Shown here: positions 15,254 to 29,579 of the stretch, piece by piece
Layout of the letters: the number at the start of each line of letters is the position of its first letter
How positions within the stretch are numbered: the stretch's first letter is position 1
Assembly (NCBI RefSeq): GCF_009914755.1
Contig: NC_060935.1
Source of the DNA: the human T2T-CHM13v2.0 reference genome, Homo sapiens
DNA length: 64,000 bases
Strand: one strand, 5' to 3'
Made by a program: the position numbers and the translations under genes
Notes under the pieces: model-generated
The model's input: the letters and a program-made list of their open reading frames with translations, nothing else
Told to the model about the DNA's origin: nothing
Databases searched by the model: none

Positions 15254-15377
15254 TTATGGCTCTGCCGGCTGCCAGTGGAGCCAGCCGCTCTGCACAGCTG
15301 TGCAAGGGTGTTTTGAAAAGTGGTTCAGCCAGCCAGGAGTGACTGGGTGTAAGTGTTGCTGCCACAACATCTTGTAG

Positions 15378-15753
<376 letters not shown>

Positions 15754-17103
15754 AAACATAAACTTACTTTCTTACCTCTTCTGCTGAACTCTATTTGCTT
15801 CTTTTCCCAAACGTCTTTATCCAAAAGAGCTTTTAGAAACAAAGTTACCCAATGCCCTTCCCTAGTCTGTCCTTGCAACTGGCTCTCAGCAGGGCGTAGG
15901 AGGAAATCCTTGACAGAACCAATTTACGTGACTGTTTGGAGGACTCTGGCTAGCCCCAGGAGATGTTTGCATTTTTAAATTGGTTACTAGTGTCAGAATG
16001 TTTCATGAGTAAGAGCACAGCCTCCATGTTGGATGCCCTGAATTTTAATCTCAGCAAGGCCACTTTGTATATAACCAGAGGATGGATTTGGGGACCCAAT
16101 GGATCTACCATGACATGAAGTTGCACCAACATTCACCGGACCTCCAAAATGCCTATTCTGACTGGTAGACCCTAGTCTTGCCCTAGTGCCAGTTCAGAGC
16201 CTGTGTCCAGTGATCCTGCACAGATCTCATTAGTTCCTTTTCCCCTGTTCAGTCATCCTGGTAAAAGGCTGTGTATTCCTTCGGGGGCAGGCTGGGAGAA
16301 AAATTGACAGTATAAATTTTTGGCAGTGGAGTAGAGTCCTTTCTGGAGGGGACCTGGCTTCCCATTTCAGACAAGGGACTCCGGGTCTGTGAACTGGCTT
16401 ATGTCTGGGAATTGACTGGGGACTGTGACTCTGTTTTTATGATTCAGATTAGACTTCTACTCACCTGACCTAGAACTCTTCTGCAAACACAGATCAAGTA
16501 AAAATGTGGCAGGCTTCTGACCTATTTCACTTCTAGGAATGCCACGATCAGCTGGCACCATAGGTCTCTGCGAGTCAGGCTATTCTGGTTGCAGCTTTGC
16601 CTCTGCTGTCTTTTATGGTAACTGTGTCCACCTTGCCTTTGGGGATTGAGTGCTGCGATCACTTGGCCCCGGCCCCTGTAGTGTGCCTATGTCACTTACC
16701 CTCTTTATACTTCAGTCTCCTCCTCTGTAAAATGGACATCCTAATAGCACCCACCCCCAGGGCTGCTGTGAGGTATAGATGGATTAACATATGGAAAGTA
16801 ATAGAAGAGGGTCTCAAAGCCCATGTGTCGTTATCAGAATTATTTCATGACAGGGGAGATCTAGAGGAGAGAGGAAGGTGCTGAGCAGACCCATGTGCTC
16901 TCCCACCAGTGTTTCCTGAGCACCTACTATGTGCTGCCCACTGTGAGAGCTGTTAGGGTTGAAATAGGGAGCACAGCAGGGTAGGGTCCGCCATCAGGAG
17001 CTTAGTGGAGAGACCATTGTGCAACATGGTTCCAGCGCTTGGGGTGGAGAAGCTCAGGGAGTTCAGGGGCCTAGGATCCCGGGCAGAATCATGGAAAGGA
17101 CAC

Positions 17104-17226
17104 AGCCTCCCCAGCCTCTCCTGCCTCCACTGCCTCCCTGGCCTCCTCTGCTTCCCTGGCCTCTCCTGCCTTCCTGGCTTCCCCTTCCTCCCCGGCCTCC
17201 CCAGTCTCCCCTGTCTCTCCTGCTTT
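17104..17226. repeat. Degenerate 9-bp pyrimidine-rich tandem repeat (about 13-14 units, CTCCCCTGC-like)
   Basis: Translates with period 3 as LPS LSC LHC LPG LLC FPG LSC LPG FPF LPG LPS LPC LSC. Confidence 0.7.
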
Positions 17227-18169
17227 TGAGGTAGGCCAGGAGCTGCTGGTGCTCACTTAGCCTGTCCTGGACTCTTGGTGTAGCACCTCGATGTCCAGAA
17301 AATACCCCCGGGTTCAGCTGATCACACAGCCAAAGAAGGAGCTCCACACTGACACTAAGAGTGCATCCTGGGCTCATTCATCAGGGCATGCCTCCAAAAT
17401 ATTTCTCCACATCTCCTCTCTTTGCCCACCTGCATTATCTCTGTGCCTGAGCCCTGGCTGGGGGCCTGCAAGGATCCCCTATCTCCTCTGTCCCTGCACG
17501 GCTGGGTCCCAGGCAATCTGTCTGCCCACCACACCTCTCTCCCCTCGCCCTCCACGCTCCAGCCCCACAGTCCTCTTTCTGCTTCTTTCCCAGCCTCTGG
17601 GCTTTTGCACACGCTGTTCCCTCTGCCCAAACATGATCCACTGGGCTGAGAACAACTCTCTGAGACGTCTCTCAGCTGTTGCTTCCTTTGGAACAGCCGC
17701 TGCTGCTGTCCCTCTCCCAGCTCCAAGACCTGCTGAGCCTCCTGTCTTTTTCAGTTCCCATGCCCCCAGCACTTCTCCTTGGCCTCCCTTTGCCCAATTG
17801 ACAATGTCCGTTCTCAATGCCTTCTCACCCAGGGCTGAGCCCTACTGTGTGAAGGCCATGCCTGTCATGTTCACCAAAATATCCCCTCCCCCATCACCAC
17901 GCGTGGGCCACAGAGATTCTCAAAAAAGATCTGTTGGTAGGCAACGCGAAGGTGCATTCATGTCATCTTGCAGGAGGAATTCTCCACGAGTTTTGAGCAG
18001 CCTCGGTTTTCCCACCACCTCCAAATCATGCAAGACACAGGGCAAGAGCAAAGACAAGGTGGCTGTGGCCGATGTCCACCCTCTCGGGGCGTCCCTTCTC
18101 TTCTCTCCTCCTTGGGCAGGGAGACCATCGGGGTGCAACCTGGCTGGGGCGGGGAGGAGGTGCAGAGCC

Positions 18170-19000
18170 TGGCCGGAGCTGGCCTGGCCAAGGGCAGGGG
18201 ACAGCGACCGCCTAGGCCAGGGCAGGTGAGCGCGGCGCAGGCCCCGGCCCGGCGTGTCCGCGGTGCGTGCGAGCGGCCAGCAGAGGGCGCTAGAGAGCCA
18301 GGAGCGGCCCGCGGAGGAGCCCGCGCCGGCCCCGATGCCCAGCTCCGAGCCGCGCGGACCCACCGAGCCCGCGCTCAGACGCCCCAGCTCCGCCGAGAGG
18401 CAGCTCGCGCCGGGTCCTTCCTTTTCCCCAAGTGCAGGCAGAGCCCCCGGAGCCATGGCCAGCCCTTCCGGCAGCTCCGAAGCCACTGGCAAGCCCCGAG
18501 GCAAGGATGGCCGGCCCAGGAGGGAGGAGGACGACGTCCCTCCCGAGGAGAAGAGGCTGCGGCTGGTTGCTGGAGCGGGGAAGCGCACAGCCCGAGGACT
18601 GCGAGGACGGGGAGGACGCTCCGCGGTCAGGCAGGGAGGAGACCTGCACCCAGACAGGTGGCGACGGCAGAGGAGTAAGTGACCCGGGCGCGGGGGTCCG
18701 GGGGTGCCGGGGGCGCGGGGGTGCCGGGGACGCGGGGTAGGGACGGCGGGAGGCTCCGTGGCCGGCCCCGAGTTGAAGTTGGTAACTGAGCGGCAACTCC
18801 GGCGGGCGCGGAGTGACAGCTCGTGACGGCCTCCGAGACGCCAGCTGCCCCTTCTCGGCTGTGTGGCTTCGACTTCCTGATTCTCCCACGACGTCCCTGG
18901 ACTAGAGACCCACTGGACTCTGCGGCTAGTCAAAAGAGGAGGGGGAGCCCCGCGTCCTGGGGGCCCTCAGCAGGGGAAGGGGCGGGGGTTGCCCCGGGCA
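18170..19000 (+). promoter_or_regulatory. CpG island / putative promoter
   Basis: Very high GC and dense CpG (gcgcggcgc, cgcgccggc) against a CpG-depleted background; GC box ggggcgggg at about 18146. Confidence 0.85.
18335..18674 (+). pseudogene. RBFOX1: Paralogous copy of the distal first coding exon of RBFOX1 (16p13.3), frameshifted; probable first exon of a duplicon lncRNA
   Basis: In-frame ATGs at 18335 (MPSSEPRG...) and 18455 (MASPSGSSEATGKPRGKDGRPRREEDDVPPEEKRLRL), continuing in another frame LLERGSAQPEDCEDGEDAPRSGREETCTQTGGDGRG to a strong donor GGA|GTAAGT at 18674/5. Lengths of 220 and 340 nt equal the recalled RBFOX1 long-isoform exon-1 coding lengths (219/339) plus one inserted base near 18564. 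Identity is from memory, not a search. Confidence 0.62.
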
Positions 19001-20109
19001 TCCTGTCTGGGGCATCTGTCTGGGACTCTGCCGGTGCCTCTCACCTGGCGAGGGGCTTGTGGTGGGGGCAGGGGGGAAGTACCTGGAGCCAGGCTTGGCC
19101 AAGCCCTGCTCTGCTGGGCTGCGGGCTGGCGGCGCTCACCCAGCTCCTCACCTATCCCGCATCTTCCTGTTTTTCTTCCCTTTCTGGTTGGGCAGCGAGA
19201 GTTGAGAGGAGGCAGATGGCTTCCATCCCAGAAATCGCTCTCCTCTTTCCATCCCTACAGAGAGGGACAGAGAGGGAAAGTTCCTTGCATCCCCCGGGGC
19301 GCTGTCCCTGTGAGCTCCCGGTGTCCTGCACACGTGGAACCCTGAGTCACCGGGCCTGTGTGTGTGCGATGGGGCTCCGTGGCCAGCCTGGCCTCCTGGG
19401 GTTCACTTTCTGCTTTCCTACCCCAACTCTTCCTGTGTGGCTTTGCTGGCCTTCCACTGGGGAGGCACGTGGGTTTGGAGGGCAGATGAGGGCCCGCTGA
19501 GGAGCTGTACCCCTCAGTGAGGGCCGCCACCTTGATGGTTTTTGATGGATAATGGGGTTGAGCTCTTTGCTCCTTCCACATGTTTTTATGTTTGACCATT
19601 TGCTCAGCTGAGCGTGTCTTAATCATTTGTTTCGTGGTGAATGAGCCCCACATGGGAGAGAGGGCGCCTTCATTCTGAACCCATTTAGGCAGCACGGGCA
19701 GCCCTCCTCGCCGTGGGCTGCATCAGAGCCCCCACTGCCCAGTCTTGGGGTTGCTCCTGGATGCTGTCTGTGAGGCTTGTTCATGGTGACATCCTCATCT
19801 CCCCGTGCACTTTACTGCATTTAGAGCTTGGGTCACCTGGACACTGAACTCAGATGAATTTTCTCTGAGATCCCGGGAGAAGGAGGACAGTTCTCTGGAA
19901 GGTTTTCCAGGGCCGATCACGGAAAGGATGAGAAGGGAAAGGTCCTGGTCAGGGACACAATGACGGTGGCAGTGTAACGCCGGGAAACTTGATTGCGTGA
20001 GGTCCCTCTCACTCCCTCTACCTCCCTCTTTTACGTAGACTCTGCCAAAGACCAGGATACCAGAATGCAATGGAGTGACCAAGTGTAGTGGGACCTTGGG
20101 AACGTGAGT

Positions 20110-20330
20110 CTGGAGCCAGGTGGCTGGGGTTTGCATCCTGGTTCTGCCCCTCCTTAGCTGGCTGACATGGCACTAGCCACTTACCCTCTCTGAGCCTTAC
20201 TGTCTTCAGTGGCAAATGGATCGGTCAACAGGCCCCATTGCCTGGGGTTGTTACTGCTGAGATTAAGGGAAGCTCGTCCATAGAAGCACTTAGCATTGTG
20301 CCTGGCACATAGTGTATGGTGGATAAATGG
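20110..20330 (+). mobile_element. MIR
   Basis: cacttaccctctctgagcct...cttcagtggcaaatgga...gcacttagcattgtgcctggcacatagt. Confidence 0.75.
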
Positions 20331-20395
20331 GAATTAGGACTGAAACTCATGCCTTGGTGTGTTTTTGCAGTGATGTTTTGTTCTGGGGTGCATCA

Positions 20396-20712
<317 letters not shown>

Positions 20713-21057
20713 AGACCCACAAGTGTCTTAAGCCAGATTCTCCATGTTAAAATGCTTTCTGGAGGCTAGAAGGATGATATATTGATAATGAAATATTTAA
20801 AAGGCAGAAACCCCACTGAATTTCTTGGTCCACAGAGGGAAATGGGAATCGCATGACCTGAAGGATGATGCAGGAACTGAACAGAAACCATCCTTGTTTC
20901 CTGAATCTGAATATGGCACCCTCTTTTCACGGTGTCTGTATCTGCTCAGTCTGGCGGCCCCTCGAAAAGAGGGAATCTTGATTTTCAAACTTAAAATTTG
21001 GCCCAAAACCCACTGCTGCCCACAATGCCCGCCAGACACATTCCTCTTCCCTTTTAG

Positions 21058-21235
21058 TTTCTATGGGAATACTCTCTTTGAAGAACCCATGAAGCAGTGT
21101 CAGGCTGGTGTGAGGATCAGCAGCAATTTCTTTGAGGAGGAGAGCCCGTTTCTTCACTCACAGGCCATGTCTGAGTGGATCAAGAAGAACAGAGTGCCCT
21201 TTTATGAGATTTTGTCTGCGTAGACCATTAGCTTG
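21058..21235 (+). other. Candidate internal exon of a transcript from the CpG island
   Basis: Polypyrimidine acceptor ttcctcttcccttttAG| and donor TTG|GTAAAA in non-repetitive sequence; no expression evidence. Confidence 0.35.
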
Positions 21236-22022
21236 GTAAAAATGTCAAAACCATCCTCGTTCTTTAATAGCAGATTATTTTGGACTTTTCTCTGCAAGAA
21301 GCAGCATGGGCATTCAGATGTTTTTAAGGATAAAATGTTCTTTCTCATCACCAGGCCTGGTGCTCTGGATGGCTGAGGTTTTAATGTGACTGGATGTCCC
21401 TTGGAGTGGCTCCCAGGCTGTGCTTCTGTGGTTGGGTGGCAAGGGGTTGCTTTATTTGGTGGTGGCTAGAGGATGTTTTAGCAGGTTAATCGGGCCCCCA
21501 GGAGCCCCTGAGTGGCAAGTCCTGCTGCAGGGCATGTGTTTATGGTGGGGAGGTGGGGGGGGGGGTGGAGGGTGGAGCGTGGGGGGCGTTGATTTCCTGC
21601 CAATATCAGAGGTTTCACAGGCTTCTTGTGTATCCACAAACACCCACCCCATTGAGAAGGCCTAGAAAACCTGGCCCTCCCCAAGCCTTTATTGACCGCT
21701 TGTGAATGATCCCAGGGTGTGTCTGACCCACAGCTCCTCCTGGAGGGAAAGAAAAGTCTCTCCTTAGGTATTTGGTTATCAACCTCAACCACTTGCTGAG
21801 CCTTCCTCAAGACCAGGCACCTCGGCAGAGATTTCAGGGTTGTCAGGCGGAACCAAGCATTCAAGGGTAATAACTCCTTGGGGTCCCTGAAATCCCTGAT
21901 GAACGCACCAGGTGAAAGCATCCAGGGTTGAAACCAGATGAGGAATGTTATTGTCAGCCTGGGGCTCCTGCAGAGGTGCATCCGCGTTGCAGGTATTTTC
22001 CTTCTTGCTGAGGAGAAACCTG

Positions 22023-22252
22023 GGTGTCTCAGCTTTGGCACAGTCACAACATTTGGGGTGAGACCATTCGTGGTGCTGGTGGTGGGGCCGTCCTGTGTAC
22101 TGTAGGATGGTTAGCAGCATCTCTGGTCTCCATCCTCTAGGTGCCACTCTACCCTCCCAGCTATGGCTACCCCAGATGTCTCCAGACGGTTTCAAATATC
22201 ATGGAGCAAGGGAGTGGTACGTGAGCAAAACCACCCCAGTTGAGAGCCATTG
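22023..22252. mobile_element. MER20
   Basis: ctgtgtactgtaggatggttagcagcatc...atgtctccagac...ccccagttgagagccattg. Confidence 0.8.
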
Positions 22253-22467
22253 GTCTACACTTGTGGAAATGTTTGAGGGTGAGAGTGTCGAGCTTGGGTC
22301 TCTGCTGTACCCTTTATGAGCAATGCGGTCTTGGAAAATTAATACTACTCCAGGGGCCTCAGTTTTCTCATCTATAAAATGGAGATAAATGAGATACACT
22401 TTCATAGGAAGGTTATATGGGATTTACTGAGATAATAAGACAGTACATGGAAAATGCTGAGCATAGC

Positions 22468-22776
<309 letters not shown>

Positions 22777-24114
22777 CATAGCATTGTAACACAGACAAAG
22801 CACAAAATACTTGGGCAATATCTTTTTACGTTTGGTTTGTCTAGACTCCATCCTCCATCCCCTCATGCACTGGTGCGGTGCAGACCAGAATATCACCCAC
22901 CTAGACTGCAGAGTGGATTTGGGTTGCATCTAGGCTTTCTGCACAAGACTTGCCTGTTCCCCACCACATCCCCCTGGTTCTCAGGGTCCAGGATTCCAGG
23001 AAGCAGGGATGTGGGCAGGCAGGGTAGGTTGCCCACCCAGTTCACTCCCACGCTGGGGATCTGCAGAGCTGGCTGTCCGAGACAGGGTGTTTGGACCAAC
23101 ATCTGGGTTTCTGGATTTCCATTTGAGCACAGCTGGACTACACAGGCTGAAGCTCTCTCTGCCGAGATATAGATATTTCCCTGGTGATGATCTTTCAAGC
23201 TGACATGAAGACAGGGCCACCCACAGGAATGTCGTGTGTCTGCCGTGGCGCTCTTATAATTTGTGAGGCAGGCTCCTGAGGAATGCAGTGCATAAGTGGG
23301 AAATGGTGGGAAGTTCTTGGATCCCCCCGGCCGAAAGTGCTGCCTGCGCAGGTTGGTGGATGGTCCTTTGAGCAGGAAGAAGACATGAAGCACATTCCTG
23401 TTAGCTACGACAGAGAGGGGCAGGGTACACACTGGACATTTCAAGCCCCTCCAGAGAAGCAAGTCTTACTGTGCTGGGAGTACTTGTGGAGTGCGGGCTG
23501 TGTTGCCCTGGGCTTTAATTATTTCAGGAACATTTAACCGCAGGGTTGGCAGGCCGGATCTTGATATGTGTTTCTCAGTTGGAAAGACTTTGGACCATAG
23601 GGAAATGTCTTCTCAATTCTTTTAATTTCATTAAGGTTGTCATTTTTCTTCTTGTGGCCTCTGGAATGTGACACAGAACTCAAAGGACAGGAAGGAGATG
23701 AGTTGGAGGCTGGGACAGGGGTCCCTGCCAGGGATGCTGGTGACTCACATGACGGTGTTGATGTGTGGAGTCCAGTGCCTGGTTTGGGGAATGTTCGTGG
23801 GATATGTTCCAAAGGACTGACGGACCAATCAGGTACTGGAGGTGAATGGTCAAGTCTGATCTCAGGGCTGACAGTGTCAGGCAAGGACAGGAAGTTGACG
23901 TTGGACTCATTGGCTGAGGTTGCTTGGGACCCAGGGGGCAACGTGTGCCAGGACAGATGGGTCTGGAGCTAGGAAGGCAGGTTTGGGCTGGAGACTCGGG
24001 CTTGGGAGGCATCCCAGGTAGACAGTGGTTGAGGCTGTGGAAATGACCGTGATTGCCTGGGATGAGAGTGGAGACGGACAAGATGGGGGTTTTGCTCTAA
24101 GCCTGGGGAACCCA

Positions 24115-24317
24115 CTTCCCAGGTTCAAGGGATTCTCCTGCCTCAGCCTCCCAAGTAGCTGGGAATGCAGGGGCGCGCCACCATGCCCGACTAACTTTTG
24201 TATTTTTAGTGGAGATGAGGTTTGGCCAGGCTGCTTTCAAACTCCTGACCTCAAGTGATCGGCCCACCTTGGCCTCCCAAAGTGCTGGGATTACAGGCAT
24301 GAGCCACCATGCCTGAC
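24115..24317 (-). mobile_element. AluS, 3'-truncated
   Basis: Alu sequence lacking tail and distal right arm. Confidence 0.85.
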
Positions 24318-24458
24318 TATTTTTAAATATTAATTTTTATGAAATATTTTCAAACACATTTTACTGTACATTGGAAAAGTCAATCATGATTTGAAAACTT
24401 TATCAAAATCCAATCAAATGTCAATTAACCATTTAATTGTGGATGACTAAGGAGACTA

Positions 24459-24855
<397 letters not shown>

Positions 24856-24909
24856 AATTTTGAATTTTATTTTTAATAATTATTTTGTAAAAAGAATGTC
24901 TTGTTTTTT

Positions 24910-25735
24910 GGAGTTGTTGAATTTATTGAATTGACAAAAAATATGTACAAGAGGGTACAACATGATGTGATTGAAGTATGTATACATTACAAAATGGCTA
25001 AATCAAGCTAAATAACATATCACCTCCCAGACTTATTTTTTTTATGGTGAGAACACTTAAAAAATCTACTCTCTTAGTGATTTCCAAGTGTATGATATGT
25101 TGTTATTAACTATAGGTACCATGTTGTCCCATGGATATCCTGAACTTATTCTTCCTCTCTAAAAATGACATTCTGTGTCCTTTGGCATCTGCCCACTTCC
25201 CCACCCTGGCAACCATCATTCTACTCTGCTTCTGTGAATTCAACTTTTTTCTTTTCTTTTTCATTCGTTTTTTTTGAGACACTCTCATTCTGTTGCCCAG
25301 GCTGTAGTGCAGGGGTGTGATCTTGGCTCACTCCAGCCTTGACTTCCCAAGCTCAATCAATCCTCCCACCTCAGCCTCCTGAGTATCTGGGAGTACAGGC
25401 ATGCACCACCACGCTCCACTAATTTTTGTATTTTTTTGTAGAGATGAGGTCTTGCTGTGTTATGTAGGCTGGTCTCGAACTCCTGGGCTCAAGCAATCTG
25501 CCGGCCTCAGCCTCCCAAAGTGCTGGGATTACAGGCATGAGCCACCATGCCTGACTGAGTTCAACTTTTTTAGATTTCACATATAAGTGAGATCATGTGG
25601 TATTTGTCGTTTTGTGCCTGGCTTATTTCACTTAACATAATATCCTCCAGGCTCATCCATGTTGTCTCAAATGGCAGGATTTTCTTCTTTTTGAAGGCTG
25701 AATAGTATTCCATTGTGTACGTACACTACATTGTT
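24910..25735 (-). mobile_element. L1MA 3' end interrupted by an AluJ (25244-25554, minus strand)
   Basis: atatgtacaagagggtacaacatgatg...ttagatttcacatataagtgagatcatg L1MA 3'UTR; embedded Alu. Confidence 0.8.
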
Positions 25736-26149
25736 GCTGGAAGTGTAATGGAGGCCAGTTGGAGGAGGAGGGGGAAAAGATTCACTCTAAGTCTAGATGC
25801 TCCAGCACCTACCCAGGATGTGTGCAAGGAAGTGCAGGATGCCCTTGGTATTGCAAACTGTGGTTTGTGGGACTCCAAAGTCCCTATTCTTCCACAGTGC
25901 TTTCTGTCCTGTTATCACATTTCCTTGGAGGAGAACCCAGCCTTGGTAGAGAGCACTGCTCTGGCTTTGTCCCTCGGCATGAGATGACAAAGGATGGTGC
26001 TGCTGGGAGACCCTCAAGTCTGCGCACTGGGGGCTGCTTGCCTTCTCCATTCCTCCTTCAAGTATCTGAGCAGCTCCTGTGTGCCAGCTGCTGGTCTACG
26101 AGATGGATGGGTCCTTGGAGATCACGCTGTAGCAGAGGAGGCAGGCTGT

Positions 26150-26360
26150 AGCCCACACACCACAACGAGCCCCCTGTCTTCACACAAATAAAGTTTTATT
26201 GGAACACAGTCACACCCATTTCAGTGCATATTGTCTGTGGCTGCTTTCCTGCTACAATGGAGAGTTGAATAGTTGGGACAGAGACCTATGGCCTGCAAAG
26301 CTGAACTATTTACCATCTGGCTCTCAAGAAAAGGGAAAAAAAAAATGCTTATCTTAGTAC
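26150..26360. mobile_element. MER58A
   Basis: aaataaagttttattggaacacagtcacaccc...tggcctgcaaagctgaactatttaccatctgg. Confidence 0.8.
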
Positions 26361-27148
26361 CCCGACAGTCTTAGATTAAGAGGACTTTGTACCACCCTGA
26401 CGTCCCAGGCGGCCATGAGTCCAGCCACCCCTGAAATGTACAGAAGTCTGGGCTAGGGTTGCAGCAGGTGAGTCCCAGTTTTGCAGGTCTTTGGCATCAG
26501 GGGCACAACCCAGGATTTTGAGTGGGGTTTCCTCACCACTGTGGCTGGGCACTGGGCTAGTGTGCTTTCTGATTTTTGTATGGGGAAGAGAAAGGAGGGA
26601 GGAAATGGCAACTTGTTGCCCTGTTCTAACATTTTCCTAAGATGGGTCTCCAGGCAAGGGCTTGGGATCTCACCTTGCACAGCTTACAAAACCCAGTGAA
26701 GCCAGCTGTCTTGGCGCTGCCACTCTGAGGGATGGAGCCCCCAAATTACTAGGAAGGGAGATAAAAGAATGGTTTTTGCAAGCACAAGTGGCGTTATTGA
26801 AATTAACATTTCCCCCAAGTTTTATAATGTCTAGGCATGCATTTTTAAGTGTCTGTCTAAAAAGCTCTTGCTAATAACCAGATGGCGCATTTAATTTCCT
26901 TTTTTTGTTCTCTGAGCAACATGCAGCTTCCTGCACAGCCCTTCTTGCAGGCAACTGCTCTAAGGTGACAGTCCTCCTGACTGCCAGCACAGATCCCCAG
27001 GGCCTCTGAGGGCCCTGTATTCTGGGGGCAGCCTTTCCCTCTTCTATTTGGCCCCAGCTGGAAGGGGGCAGGTTACCCACAGCCCAGCACAGGGCTCCTG
27101 CCTTAACTTCTCTAGGGAGTCTGGCTCCCTCTGACCCTCTAGACCTCA

Positions 27149-27769
<621 letters not shown>

Positions 27770-28203
27770 TCAGGCTTTTGTAGAAACAGGTACACAGGGG
27801 CTCTGTGTGGTGCCCTGTTCTGGTGGCCTTCAGGAAGCATGGGGTGCCCTGGTTTCCTTGGCTTCATGTCCCCCTTTCCTCCTGCCACCCCTGACTGGGC
27901 CCCCCACCTTATCCCTCAAACCATCCTCCTGGAGGGGATTGGCCAGGGCTTGTGTCCTTGCTAGTCTCTAGGAAGGAAGACTTTGTGGCTTGAAAGCTTG
28001 TCGGCTTAAGTTGCAAGGTGTAGGTGCCTGGGAGGGCATGTGCAGGGCTCTCTTGACTGATCCATTCATGTTTTTCTTTTTTGACTCTGTTCTATGTTGT
28101 CCTGATGTAGGGGTAAGCCCCTGCCTTCTGCCTTTCCTGCCTTGGACTCTTGCAGTAGGACCAGATGAGAGGGTCCATGTGGTCTGAGAATTCAAGCAAT
28201 GCA

Positions 28204-28548
28204 GGCCACGCATGGTGGCTCACACCTGTAATCCCAGCACTTTTGGAGGCTAAGGCAGGTGGGTCAGGAGTTAGAGACCAGCTTGGCCAAAATAGTGAAA
28301 CCCTGTCTCTACAAAAAATACAAAAGTTAGCCGGGCTTGGTGGTGCACACCTGTAATCCTTGTTATTTGGGAGGCTGAGGCAAGAGAATCACTGGAACCC
28401 AGAAGCAGCAGGTTGCAGTGAGGAGGAGGTTGCAGTGAGGAGGAGGTTGCAGTGAGCCGAGATTGTGTCGCTGGACTCCAGACTGGGCAATAGAGCGAGA
28501 CTATGTTTCCAAAAAAAAAAAAAAATTATATAAAAACAAAAAACAAAA
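28204..28548 (+). mobile_element. AluS with an internal 17-bp triplication
   Basis: AGGTTGCAGTGAGGAGG x2.8 at 28410-28456. Confidence 0.92.
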
Positions 28549-28632
28549 CATCCTCTTGATTTGCTTTTCTTGATCTTGCTTCTCAGAGGTAACACTGGGA
28601 AGGGTTGAGGTATACCTCTCCACAACTTTTTC

Positions 28633-28919
28633 TTTGATTCCTTTTTATTTTTTATTCTACGTTCTGAGATACATGTGCTGAATGTGCAGGTGTGTTACAT
28701 AGGTATACATGTGCCATGGTGGTTTACTGCAGCTATCAACCCGTCATCTAGGTTTTAAGCCCCGCATGCATTAGGTATTTGTCCTAACGCTCTCCCCTCC
28801 CTTGTCCCTCACCCCCGACGGGTCCCGGTGTGTGATGTTACCCTCCCTGTGTCCATGTGTTCTCATTTTTCAACTCCCACTTATGAGTGAGAACCCGCAG
28901 GTTTGGTTTTCTGTTCCTG
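28633..28919 (-). mobile_element. Severely 5'-truncated L1PA
   Basis: L1PA 3'UTR (acatgtgctgaatgtgcagg...cccacttatgagtgagaac); TSD TCCACAACTTTTTC (28619-32) / TCCACACCTTTTTC (28920-33). Confidence 0.88.
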
Positions 28920-29579
28920 TCCACACCTTTTTCCTCTGTGCACGCAAGCACATGTATTCGCACATAAGTGTTTATTGTAACCTTTTTTAAAAAGTAAAAA
29001 TGGAATAATGCTATATTTATTCTTTGGAAAGCCTGCTTTTCAGGCAGCATGTCTTTGACATTGTCTCACATTGGAACCTGGGTACCACCTTCTTCTCCCA
29101 GCAGTTATTCTGACGTGTGGATGCACCACGCTTCGTTTAACCAGCCCTGCACCGATACGTCTTTAGATGGTTTCTGCCTTTTCCCAATCACAGACGGTGT
29201 TCTGATGAATTTACTCACACACATCACTTGGTGCTCTGTGCCTGCATTTCTGTGAGATGTTCCTGGAGGTGGGCTGTCTAGGTCAGAGGGGGATCTGTGC
29301 TTAATTTGCATCCTGTGCAAAATTCCATCCAGTCATCCAGCTCCCCAAGGGCTCACATGGTACTGTCCTCTGTAGACATCATCTTCTGCAGATGATGGCA
29401 TGATCGCCTCTCTTTCTTTTACTCACACCAGTCTGCACCCTGGTGTCCTGGGGGGTCCAGCCCCTACCTGCTTGTCTGCCCCCACCCCACAGTCCCCCCA
29501 GCCCCTGCTAACAGGGACCCTGGCTTCTGAGCTCTGGCAGACTGCCTCACTCTGGAGAAGTTTGCTTTCTCAAACATTC

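Noticed and set aside
17291-19500. Long overlapping ORFs (312, 337, 236, 199 and 225 aa) on both strands
   Set aside because: These are the expected stop-codon depletion in a GC-rich CpG island, with low-complexity Pro/Arg/Gly/Ala content and no recognisable domain. Only 18335/18455-18674 has Kozak and donor support.
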